From Kiritimatiellia bacterium (GTDB lineage: Bacteria > Verrucomicrobiota > Kiritimatiellia > RFP12 > UBA1067), in the NCBI GenBank assembly GCA_050949565.1, contig JBMNFY010000017.1:1664001-1728000 (forward strand): a DNA stretch of 64,000 bases. Direction: 5' to 3'. The position numbers and the translations under genes are program-made. Positions 39,479 to 48,845 of the stretch are shown here, in pieces. The notes under the pieces are model-generated. The model was not told the origin of the DNA, did no database searches, and saw nothing but the letters and a program-made list of their open reading frames with translations. Position 1 is the first letter of the stretch. Each line of letters starts with the position of its first letter.

Positions 39479-39555
39479 CGGGGCGTTGCACAGCCTGGTA
39501 GTGCGCCAGCTTTGGGAGCTGGATGTCGGGGGTTCGAATCCCTCCGCCCCGACCA
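39479..39555 (+). tRNA. tRNA-Pro(UGG)
   Basis: CGGGGCG/CGCCCCG acceptor stem, CCAGC-TTTGGGA-GCTGG anticodon arm, GTTCGAATC T-loop, encoded CCA. Confidence 0.96.
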
Positions 39556-40167
39556 TTTTTCAAGCCGTTTCCGGCTCTTATATGTCAAAAAACCCCAATA
39601 AAAACGGGGGTTTCAGCGTTTCCGGCTTGTCCGCTCCCTTTTTCTGCAACATTCTGAAACACGCTGATTTACAAGGGGCAATTACACAAACAAACACACA
39701 AACAAACACAAACGCCGGAAGTCAATAATATGCACGCCCGCTTGGGTTTTGACGTTGTAAGCCGGGAGCCATTCCCCCTATAACGCGGGACAGAAAAGCC
39801 CGAATAAAACCCAAAACGCCCAAATACGGGAGGTGTCGCCGTGACAAGGGACAAAAAACCGCCATCATTTGTTTAGGTCGGTCGGCTCGTGATGGATTAA
39901 AGAACGGGATCGAATCCCGGACAAGGGCCGCGCCAATCCGGCGTGACTCGCTTCCCGATACCGGCCCTGCATCCGTGCTTGCCGCCGGTGGGTTGCCAGT
40001 TCCAACAGTCCCGACACCGCCCCGCCCCGGTCGGCCCGGTCGGCCCGAGTTCGGCCTAGCACGCCGTTTCTGAACCGCAAAATCTCGCGCCTGTTGCGTC
40101 CGCGCCGATAGCCTAGGGGAATGTACCGCCCAAGCCCTAAAACGCGCCAGATGCGATTCTGACGCGA

Positions 40168-40491
40168 TTAGCGGCCAAGCCGCCGTTTTATGTCGGCGAC
40201 CAGGCCGGCCATCGCCAAACGGAGCCTGCCGCCCGGCCCCCAGGCCTCGGCCTCTTCGAGAAAAAATCTCGCAAGCTGCCGGTGCCCGGCCCGCCGTATC
40301 GCCTCGAGTGCCGTCCGTTCGCCGTCGTTAGCGGCCTCGGACATTAGCCCGGCAAGCCTTGCGTCAAAAGTCACGCGCCGCATAGAAGCGAACCGCCTCG
40401 CCGCCGCAATGCAACTTGCCGCCTCGGCTTCAGGGTCTAGGGCTTCGAGGTTTGCCAGTGTTGTTTGAAGGGTTTCGGTGTCGTTTTTCAT
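40168..40491 (-). CDS. Hypothetical helical protein of the integrated element
   Basis: 107-aa ORF with upstream AAAGGCG; last gene of the element's unidirectional array. Confidence 0.6.
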   Translation of the reverse strand: MKNDTETLQTTLANLEALDPEAEAASCIAAARRFASMRRVTFDARLAGLMSEAANDGERTALEAIRRAGHRQLARFFLEEAEAWGPGGRLRLAMAGLVADIKRRLGR

Positions 40492-40685
40492 GGTGTCGCC
40501 TTTGTGGTGGGGGGCGCGTTCGGTTACTCACTTTTTATGCGTTACTCCGCCCTCCGGGGTCTCGTCGTAAACAGTGTTGGAAAGGACCCACAGGGGGGGG
40601 TGGGTGCCTGAAAAAAGGCCCGGTGCGGTTTTTTAGGGGCCGGGCACGCTCCCTGAAAGGTGTCGGCAACCGCTGCCGCTGACGT

Positions 40686-40939
40686 TCAGTCCGCCAACGG
40701 GTCGGGCATCGAAAGGCCGTGCGCCTTCAACAATGCCGCCACGTCTGCTTTCGCGCAGGCAAACCGACCCGCTCCCAACCCGGGTCGCGGGTGATCATCA
40801 GCCTCGCCCGTTCGCGGTCTTTATGCGTTGGAAACCGCTTAAAACCGGCCAGTGCGCAGGCATATGCAAACACCAGCCTGTCCAGAAGGTCGGTCGTGCT
40901 TGGGTCAACGATGATCGGTTCCAGTTGATTCGTAGACAT
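40686..40939 (-). pseudogene. Small hypothetical protein (frameshifted near the C-terminus), paralog of the upstream ORF
   Basis: AGGAGG RBS, MSTNQLEP...; continuation KADVAALLKAHGLSMPDPLAD* in another frame. Confidence 0.55.
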
Positions 40940-40949
40940 GATTTCCTCC

Positions 40950-41207
40950 TTCTTAGGGTTTTTTTAACGCGGCGGACAACGGGCGGCGTGAAGCCGTGTT
41001 GCCGCAGCAGCGCCGCGCACTCGGATTCGGTCGGCGCGAAGAGTTTTGCGCACGCCGGATCGTTGACGATTTGCTGCCGCGCCGCAGCCACCTCGCCCGG
41101 CTTAGGATACCCGCCGCCGTGATGCGCGCGGTACTTCAGGAACGCGTGCGCAACGGCCAGCTTTTCGACAAGCGTGTCGCGCTCGCATTGTGTCTTGATG
41201 TGCCATG
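40950..41207 (-). pseudogene. Small hypothetical protein (frameshifted), paralog of the downstream ORF
   Basis: GAAGGA RBS + MAHQDT, then ERDTLVEKLAVAHAFLKY...CAALLRQHGF in a shifted frame; 3' end approximate. Confidence 0.5.
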
Positions 41208-41277
41208 TTTTCCTTCACTTTCTGCCGGGTCGCCCGGCGTTGTTCTCCAGCGCACCATGCGCTGGAAGCTGTTCAAA

Positions 41278-42099
41278 TCAAAATTCCCTGCAATGCTCGC
41301 AGCTTTTCGGTTCCGTCCGCACAAACTTTGAGCACCATCTTTTTTCGGAGTCCCAGTGGCGGCACCGACGGGCGCAATCCTGCCAGATAGGGCGTTCAGG
41401 CTTCACCGCTGCAGGTGCCGCCGACGGTATGGGTGCCACTCGCTCGCGTCTCGCCCAAGTTGCGATTCGCCGCGGCAACTCGAAAAACTTTTCACTTTGG
41501 AACCGGCAACGGCCTTTCGGGTCGCGCTCCAACCAATAATCGCAAAACGCCTCAAGTTGCGGCGCAGTCAGCCGATCAGCATTTGCTGCCTGTGCCCTTT
41601 CGGAAAAATTCTCTGGCGTGAGTTTGCCAGCGGCGTCTGCCGCTCTCTCTCTTGTTCCTTTGTTCTCTTCGTAAGAAGAGTTGTTATATGTCTCGGCACT
41701 CAGCGGCGGATTACAAGCCACAAGGGTTGTGTCTTTAGAGCCTAACCCTCGTGGCTTGTCGCCACAAGGGGGCGTACTCGCTTTCACGCGATAAAGGCTC
41801 GGCTCCCTGCCCATTTTGCCAAGGACGCGCCGCTCTTCAATTTCCAAAAGATTCATGCCCGCCAGCGAGTGCAGTGCCCTCAGCGTCGCTTTGTAACCTA
41901 GACCAGCCAGCCGTGCAACCATTCCGACCGGCGCAATCAAATCACACGTTTGATGCAAGTTGCATAGACTGATGACAGCCGCCCACACCGTGAAAAGTGT
42001 TGTGCCGTCGCGTTCACCGGACGATGTAAGGATCGTCTCCATGTCCCGCCGCCCAATCGGGAACCAGCCGCCCGCGCCTGCTGCCGCCGCGCCGTTCAT
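41278..42099 (-). CDS. Phage-type replication initiator / replisome organizer-like protein
   Basis: N-terminal winged-HTH-like segment (VARLAGLGYKATLRALHSL), low-complexity linker, FCDYW...RFQSEKFF...RRIATWARRE motif, Cys-rich tail. Confidence 0.6.
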   Translation of the reverse strand: MNGAAAAGAGGWFPIGRRDMETILTSSGERDGTTLFTVWAAVISLCNLHQTCDLIAPVGMVARLAGLGYKATLRALHSLAGMNLLEIEERRVLGKMGREPSLYRVKASTPPCGDKPRGLGSKDTTLVACNPPLSAETYNNSSYEENKGTRERAADAAGKLTPENFSERAQAANADRLTAPQLEAFCDYWLERDPKGRCRFQSEKFFELPRRIATWARRERVAPIPSAAPAAVKPERPIWQDCARRCRHWDSEKRWCSKFVRTEPKSCEHCREF

Positions 42100-42353
42100 T
42101 CAGCGCCCCCTTCCTTTGCGCCGCGTCCCATGACTTCGGCAATCAGCCGCTCGGCTTGCCGCAAACGCCATTTTTCAGCCGCCGCAGCGGCGCGGGCGCG
42201 TTCCCGCGTGCCGCACGCGTGGCAGATGTCCGGCGCATGATCGAACACGCGAAGGACACGCCCGCACGACCGGCATCTCGGAAGTTTCCGGCATGCCGCG
42301 TTCGACAAGTGTTGGCAATGGCAGACTTTCGCAGGGAGGGTAATTGTTCTCAT
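42096..42353 (-). CDS. Small Cys-rich (zinc-finger-like) protein
   Basis: ATGA-coupled to both neighbours; CHC, CRSC, CHAC motifs. Confidence 0.6.
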   Translation of the reverse strand: MRTITLPAKVCHCQHLSNAACRKLPRCRSCGRVLRVFDHAPDICHACGTRERARAAAAAEKWRLRQAERLIAEVMGRGAKEGGAE

Positions 42354-42635
42354 TGCGCCACCTCGCCTTTCACAAACGCCGTGATCGCTTCGGACGGGAT
42401 GCGCCGTGAGCCTTTCCGCAACTCGATAAACGGCAACCTGCCGTCGCGCAACAACCGCCAGATTGTCGTTCTTGAAACGCCCAGGGCGTCCGCCGCTTGC
42501 TGTATTGATAGACAGCCGCCTGTCGCCGGGGTCGGTCGCGCCCTCGGTCGGTTCGCCGGTTAACACGCGGTCAACGCGCCGCAGCGTGTCGGGGGTTGCC
42601 GCAAGCAGCAGGGTCATTCGTTGTTCTGTAGTCAT
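42350..42635 (-). pseudogene. Excisionase/AlpA-like HTH protein, one frameshift
   Basis: AAGGAG RBS; after a frame change near 42512 reads SIQQAADALGVSRTTIWRLLRDGRLPFIELRKGSRRIPSEAITAF (HTH_17 pattern). Confidence 0.75.
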
Positions 42636-42973
42636 GGGTGAGTCTCCTTTTATGGGTTGCTTCGTTTTTCCTCACCCTGCCACCAAAATGTCCCGTTTGT
42701 GTCCCGTTTCCCTACACGCTAAACGCGCCCGCGCCCGCGTTTTCATTGGCTTAAAAAAAGTTTCGGCATGTCCTTTTGTGTCCTGTTTCGGGACAAAAAA
42801 AAGACCGCCCCGCATGAAGCAGGACGGCCAAAAATACACCGTTGTGTTGCTCAGATAATCGCTTGATCGGTACCCGGTCGCGCCGCGCCGTGTCATCTCG
42901 GCTTGCCACATCGGCAATTCTGATAATCTTTTGCAGCGTGCACACGGGCCATGTCACGCGCCAATCGTCTCTT

Positions 42974-43524
42974 TCAAGGCCCCCTTTTATGCTTGCGGCT
43001 GCCTTGCGCCGCGCCGCCCAATGCCCCTAATGCTACAGCGTCACCGCGCCCCGGATAATCTTCCGGTGTAGCTTCTCCTTTTTCCCATCGGCGGATTGTC
43101 TTTTCTGTCACGTTGCAAAGTTGCGCCGCTTCGAGTTGCGTCACGGCTTGCCGTTGCTTGGTTTTCGGCTTGTTGGCCGGGGCCGCGTCCGCCTGTTGCA
43201 TCCGCTCGGCAATCGTTCGCAGGTCGGCGCGTTCACGCTCCCGGTCTGCGGCCTCTTTCACCGCAGCCGGATTCGAGCCGACCAGCAGCCACTTCTGTGA
43301 GCGATTTTGTGCGCGTCGTTAAACGTCCGAGGATGTCCGCCCGTCCCGGCTCACAGGCATTTTGTCATAGTGCCGGGTAATCATGCAGCACCGATCTAAT
43401 GCCGTCCGGTGTCGGCTGGTTGTCGGCCAGCCATCGCAAGGCGTTGTCAACGACCGCTTGGTAATGCGGCCCTCTTTGGGAGCGTTTGGTTGTAAGGCGG
43501 TGCAGGTTCGAAGTACTAGCTCAT
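42974..43524 (-). pseudogene. HTH DNA-binding protein, multiply frameshifted
   Basis: ATG overlapping integrase stop; C-terminal VTQLEAAQLCNVTEKTIRRWEKG HTH; boundaries approximate. Confidence 0.55.
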
Positions 43525-45162
43525 TGTTCGCCCTCCTTCATAAGTTCCGCCAGCCGCGCCCGGTCAGCCGGCGACAAGGCTTTCAGTTGCTCGGCAAGGT
43601 CGGCGACCGTGCCGCCCGCGCCGATCTGTTTTGGGGGCGCACCGTTGCCGGTCAGCACTGCGGGGAGTGCCGCTTCAAGCTCGGCCCTTGAATCCGTGCC
43701 CCTCGGTTTGTAGTAGTGCCGCATGACGGTTTCAACAAGGCTGTGCCCGGTCAGTGCCTTTAGCTTTTCAACGCTGATACCCGCGTTCAGTGCCAGCGTG
43801 ACAAAGGTTGTTCTCAGCGCGTGGAAGTCATACCGGCTTGCCGCTTTCAGACCGACCGCCCGCCGTGTCCGGGTCACGTCCCGAATTGCCGCATTCACGC
43901 CGGGGGCTTGCGCGTCGGGAAGGAAGCGCACTCCGGCCAGCCGTTCGGCTTCGTGCATCAGCATGGAGATTCCGCCCCGCGATATGCGCCGCGTCTTTTG
44001 GATGTCCCGGTAGGATTCTCCGCCCGCGTACCGGGTCAGAAGGTCAATCATCTTAGCCCGCTTGGTTTCGGTCATTTTCGCGCTCTGTACGGCTTGCAGC
44101 ACTTGGGGGAGTATGCGGGCAAGGGGGACACGCTCCGGCGCGTCCTGTGCGGCCTGTGGCGCGTCCTGTGGCTTGGCAAACGCCAGCGCGAAAGCTTTTT
44201 TAATCCGGCGTGACACGCCGCTCGGGTTCGTCCGCAGTTCCCGCTCGGCTTCCGGGAACACAAAGACCGCGTCTTCGGCCCGTTCGGCAAGCCGTGCTTC
44301 CAGCACTTCCCGCAGACGGGGCAAAATCGGCAAGTAAAGCTCGGCTTTCGTTTTGGACGTGACCAGCCGCAACACGCCGCCCCGCAGGTCAACGCTTTCC
44401 CACCGCAACCGGCACACGTCCCCGCGCCGCAGTCCCGTTGAAAGCCCGGCAACGATCAAATCAAACGCCGTGCGGTCGCCCGCCGCCGCTTCGCAAGCAG
44501 GGTTTCGACTCTCGGCGGGGTTCAACGGTCTCGCGGTTGTATACCCGGTCGCCCTCGGTAGCGTCCACCGCAACGCCCGAAAACGGGTTTTCTACGCCGT
44601 GGGGCAACGCCCGCTTTAGAGCCTGACCGATTGCCGCCTTGTGTTTGCGGATGGTTGCCGCCGTCATTGTGCGCCCCGCCTCGTTCGGCACGTAAAGGCT
44701 TTCGATATACTCCCGCGCAATATCCGGCGTGATTTCAAGCACCGTGACCAGCCCGCGCCGGGAAACCCAATCCGCAAAGGCTTCAACCGTGCGCCGCTTC
44801 CAAGTCTCGTGTTGCTGTGACCGAGCCCGGCGCGTGTTGCCCGCCGTCATGCCGGGAAGGTCGGCAAGCGGGGTTTCCTTCCATTCGCGCCCAGTTTTGA
44901 TCGAGACAAGCTTGGCGGTAAGGTCTGCCGCCCGCCCCTTTGTCCGCGCTTCCCTCTGGAAGGTTTCGAGTTCCTTTTCCGCCCGCGCCCGGCTTGCCTC
45001 AAAAATGGCGTTGCCGGTTTCCCGCAGACTGCCGGGGTAGTGCTTGACCGGTAGCCGCTCGGTCAACGCGACAACCCGCCGCTTGCCGTTGCTGTCTACA
45101 AAAGAACCGTACCAGTTCCCGATCAACTGACCGTCCCGCCCGCGTCTGATTTCAAGTGCCAT
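43521..45162 (-). pseudogene. Tyrosine recombinase/integrase, frameshifted near 44490-44530
   Basis: MALEIRRGRDG..WYG start at 45162; TGLRRGD (R), TSKTK (K), FHALRTT (HxxR), LTGHS, RHYY; split across two ORFs. Confidence 0.85.
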
Positions 45163-45314
45163 AGCTGCGTTCCTTCCGGTTGTTTGAAACAATGGAACAC
45201 AGTTTGAACCAAGCGGCATCGAATGGCAAGCAGAAAACACAAACAAACACAAAAACACGGTTTTAACCGTCAAGAAAATGCCGCTTTTATTGGGGTTTTT
45301 GCGGTTTGGCTTTA

Positions 45315-45367
45315 AGCTTTGGGAGCTGGATGTCGGGGGTTCAAATCCCTCCGCCCCGACCATTTTT
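45315..45367 (+). repeat. attR: duplicated 3' half of tRNA-Pro
   Basis: AGCTTTGGGAGCTGGATGTCGGGGGTTCAAATCCCTCCGCCCCGACCATTTTT. Confidence 0.93.
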
Positions 45368-45392
45368 TTTGCTCGTACGGTGAGGGAGCGGA

Positions 45393-48300
45393 ATGGATCC
45401 GGTTGAACGGTATTTGAGCGACATAGGGGAGATTCGCGCCACAGGCGCGGGTACTGTCGAAACGTCCTACTACCCCGCGCTTTCCACGCTCTTGAATGAG
45501 ATCGGCAAACGGCCAACCCCCAAAGTCCGTTGCGTGATCCAGCTCCAGAACAAGGGCGCGGGTATGCCCGACGGCGGCATGTTCACCGCCGACCAGTTCA
45601 GAAGCAAGGCCGCCAAACAGAACGCCGGGGCTAACCCGCTCGAAACCCTTCCGCCCTCCCGTGGCGTGATCGAAGTCAAATCCCCCGCCGAGGATCTGGC
45701 GGACATCATCGCAAGCGAACAAATTGCCCGCTATTGGGATTATTACGGCCTCGTGCTGGTCACGAATTACCGCGCCTTCACGCTGATCGGACGCACGGCC
45801 ACCGGCCACGCCGTAGAGTTGGAACGCTTCACGCTGGCTGCGACCGAAGCGGAGTTCTGGAAACTGGCCGCGCATCCGCGCACCTGCCCCGACGGACTGC
45901 GCGAACGTTTCGCCGAATATCTATACCGCGCCATGACGCACAACGCGCCGTTGGCCAAGCCCCACGATGTGGCCGCTATCCTCGCTTCCTACGCCCGCGA
46001 CGCCAAGGCGCGCATCGAACACGCTGACCTGCCTGCGCTGGCCGGACTGCGCGAAGCCCTGGAACTCGCCCTCGGCCTGAAATTCGAAGGCGAGAAGGGC
46101 GAGCATTTCTTCCGTTCTACGCTGATTCAGACCCTCTTTTACGGCATCTTTTCCGCATGGGTGCTGTGGGCACGCAAGCGCGCGTCAACCCCCGCCGCGT
46201 CCACCAAGGAAAAGACGCTCAAGTATGAGCTGAAAGAGTCGGCGACAGCCTACCGCACGGACGCCAAGCATTTTGACTGGCGCACCGCCGTGTGGCACTT
46301 GCGCGTGCCGATGATCCGCGCTCTGTTCGTGCAGATCGCCACCCCCGAACGGCTCGGCTCCTTGGGGTTGGCGGAAGTTCTCGACTGGACCGCGTCCGCC
46401 CTGAACCGCGTGGACGGCGATGCGTTCTTTGCGGCCTTCGATGAGGGCCACGCCGTCCAGTATTTCTACGAGCCGTTCTTGCAGAAGTTCGACCCCGAGT
46501 TGCGCAAAGACCTTGGCGTGTGGTACACGCCGACCGAGATCGTTGAGTATCAGGTTGAGCGCGTGGATACCGTTCTGCGCGAAGAGCTGCACATTGCCGA
46601 CGGACTGGCCGACCCGCGCGTGATCGTCCTCGATCCCTGCTGCGGCACCGGTGCGTATGTGCGCGCGGTGCTAACCCGCATCGCCAAGACGCTGAACGAC
46701 AAAGGCGGCGACAGCCTGACCGCGCAAGACCTGAAAACCGCCGCGCTTGAACGCGTCTTGGGCTTCGAGATTCTGCCTGCGCCCTTCGTCATTGCCCACT
46801 TGCAAATCGGCCTTTTGCTAGAAACACTCGGCGCGCCGCTCAACGAATCCAAAGACGAGCGCGTCGGCGTCTACCTGACCAACGCCCTGACCGGCTGGAA
46901 ACCGCCGAAAGAGCCCAAGACGCTCTTGCTCTTTCCCGAAATGGCGGAGGAGCGCGACGCCGCCGACCGCATCAAGCGGCGCGACAGCATTCTCGTTATC
47001 CTCGGCAACCCGCCTTATGATGGCTTTGCGGGGGTCGCCGTAACCGCCGAAGAACGCGCCCTCTCGGACGCCTACCGTGCGACACGCCTCGCGCCACCGC
47101 CGCAGGGACAAGGACTCAACGACCTCTATGTCCGCTTCTTCCGCATGGCCGAACGGCGCATCGTGGAAATGAACCAGCCGCAAAAAGGCATCATCTGTTT
47201 CATCTCCAATTACTCGTGGCTCGATGGGCTGTCTTTCACAGGCATGCGCGAACGCTATCTTGAGGTTTTTGAGCGTATCGCCATCGACAACCTGAATGGC
47301 GACAAGTACAAGACCGGCAAGCTCACGCCCGAGGGCGATCCCGATCCCAGCGCCTTCTCCACCGAGTACAACCGGGAAGGCATCCAAGTCGGCACGGCCG
47401 TCACGCTGCTGGTCAAAAACGGTGTTCCCCTGGCAGGGGCGGCACCCCGGTCTATCCGCTTTCGCCATTTCTGGGGCAAAAACAAACGCGCTGACTTGCT
47501 TGCTGATAACGTCCCGTATCAAGAACTCATCCCGGTCGCTGAAATCGGATATCCCTTCTTGCCCGGACTCATCGCCTCCGGCTATACCACATGGTCCGCG
47601 CTGCCCGCGCTCTTCCCGACGTCCTTCCCCGGCGTGAAGACGAGCCGCGACGACTTCCTTGTGGATATTGACCGGGATCGCCTGTTGGCCCGTCTCCAAA
47701 CTTATTTCGATCCAGACGTATCCCACGCAGAAATGCGCCAGCTCAACCCCGGCGTGATGGAAGACACGCCGCGTTTCAAAGGCGAGGCTGTGCGCGACAC
47801 CTTGCGCAAACGTGGCTTCCTGCCCGACAACATTGTCCGCTACTGTTACCGCCCCTTCGATACGCGCTGGCTCTACTGGGAGCCGGAAACAAAGCTGCTC
47901 GACGAGAAACGCAGCGATTATTTTCCGCATGTCTTCGAGGGAAATATCGCTCTCGTGTCACAACAAAAGCCTCGTCGCGAATGGCAACCGTCACAAGTAA
48001 TTTGCAGGATAGGTTGTCTGGACCTCATGGATCGTTCGGCATCCTTCTTCCCGCTCTATCTGCACTCCGACGGCTCATCCCTGCTTGAGCCTGTAGGCAA
48101 GCGACCGAACCTGAGCGATACGGCAGCCGCCTATATTGCCGATTTGGATGTCGGTCCCGAAGACCTTTTCTATCACGCGCTGGCCATCATGCACGCCCCC
48201 GCCTACCGTACTGAGAACGCGGGTGCGTTGCGGCAGGACTGGCCGCGCATTCCGTTGCCCGCGACGCAAAAGGCGTTGTTGGCTTCGGCGGCGTTGGGGC

Positions 48301-48845
48301 GGCGGGTGGCGGCATTGCTGGACACGGAAACGCCCGTCCCGGGCGTGACCGCCGGGAGTATCCGCGAGGAGCTGAAAGCTGTCGCGGTCTTCACGCGCAC
48401 AGACGGCAAGCAGGCCCGTTCAGATGCAGGCGATTTAGATGTGACGGCGGGCTGGGGTTACGCCGGCAAAGGCGGCGTGACCATGCCGGGGCGGGGGAAG
48501 ATTGAAACGTCGAACGCAGAACGCAGAACGCCCAACGCAGAAGGGCACTTCAATGTTCAGAGTTCGACGTTGGACGTTCAACGTTCTTTCGATGTGTACC
48601 TCAACGACCTGACCTGTTGGCGCAACGTGCCTGTGTCCGTATGGGAATACACGATAGGCGGGTATCAGGTCATCAAAAAATGGCTTTCCTATCGCGAAAA
48701 GCCCTTGCTGGGGCGCGGCCTGACCGTGGCCGAGGTGCGGTATGTCACCGAGACCGCCCGCCGCATCGCGGCGTTGATTGCGATGCAGGCGGAGTTGGAT
48801 GAGAATTACCGTATTGTGGCCGCAGACACTTATACAATCTTTTAG
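45393..48845 (+). CDS. Single-chain restriction-modification enzyme (type IIG / type ISP-like, no helicase): nuclease + N6-adenine MTase + specificity domain
   Basis: PD...IEVK N-terminal nuclease motif, GVWYTP, LDPCCGTG (motif I), GNPPY (motif IV), YRPFD and WEYTIGGYQVIKKWL as in LlaBIII-type C-termini. Confidence 0.88.
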   Translation: MDPVERYLSDIGEIRATGAGTVETSYYPALSTLLNEIGKRPTPKVRCVIQLQNKGAGMPDGGMFTADQFRSKAAKQNAGANPLETLPPSRGVIEVKSPAEDLADIIASEQIARYWDYYGLVLVTNYRAFTLIGRTATGHAVELERFTLAATEAEFWKLAAHPRTCPDGLRERFAEYLYRAMTHNAPLAKPHDVAAILASYARDAKARIEHADLPALAGLREALELALGLKFEGEKGEHFFRSTLIQTLFYGIFSAWVLWARKRASTPAASTKEKTLKYELKESATAYRTDAKHFDWRTAVWHLRVPMIRALFVQIATPERLGSLGLAEVLDWTASALNRVDGDAFFAAFDEGHAVQYFYEPFLQKFDPELRKDLGVWYTPTEIVEYQVERVDTVLREELHIADGLADPRVIVLDPCCGTGAYVRAVLTRIAKTLNDKGGDSLTAQDLKTAALERVLGFEILPAPFVIAHLQIGLLLETLGAPLNESKDERVGVYLTNALTGWKPPKEPKTLLLFPEMAEERDAADRIKRRDSILVILGNPPYDGFAGVAVTAEERALSDAYRATRLAPPPQGQGLNDLYVRFFRMAERRIVEMNQPQKGIICFISNYSWLDGLSFTGMRERYLEVFERIAIDNLNGDKYKTGKLTPEGDPDPSAFSTEYNREGIQVGTAVTLLVKNGVPLAGAAPRSIRFRHFWGKNKRADLLADNVPYQELIPVAEIGYPFLPGLIASGYTTWSALPALFPTSFPGVKTSRDDFLVDIDRDRLLARLQTYFDPDVSHAEMRQLNPGVMEDTPRFKGEAVRDTLRKRGFLPDNIVRYCYRPFDTRWLYWEPETKLLDEKRSDYFPHVFEGNIALVSQQKPRREWQPSQVICRIGCLDLMDRSASFFPLYLHSDGSSLLEPVGKRPNLSDTAAAYIADLDVGPEDLFYHALAIMHAPAYRTENAGALRQDWPRIPLPATQKALLASAALGRRVAALLDTETPVPGVTAGSIREELKAVAVFTRTDGKQARSDAGDLDVTAGWGYAGKGGVTMPGRGKIETSNAERRTPNAEGHFNVQSSTLDVQRSFDVYLNDLTCWRNVPVSVWEYTIGGYQVIKKWLSYREKPLLGRGLTVAEVRYVTETARRIAALIAMQAELDENYRIVAADTYTIF

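Larger units (their letters stand above)
39508..45367 (-). mobile_element. ~5.8-kb tRNA-Pro-integrated phage-satellite-like element
   Basis: 53-bp direct repeat 39508-39560 / 45315-45367 (1 mismatch); tyrosine integrase, HTH, excisionase and Rep-like genes all on the minus strand. Confidence 0.88.

Noticed and set aside
42096-42635. Single 179-aa protein as given in the ORF track
   Set aside because: Artificial join caused by a frameshift; better explained as excisionase plus a separate Cys-rich ORF
45315-45363. Second tRNA-Pro gene
   Set aside because: Only the 3' half is present; it is the attR duplication
39508-45367. Complete prophage or ICE
   Set aside because: Too small and lacks structural, lysis, relaxase and conjugation genes
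45163-45516. N-terminal extension of integrase ORF 44461-45516
   Set aside because: Runs through attR/tRNA fragment and overlaps the R-M gene; plausible start is ATG 45162 with GGAAGGA RBS
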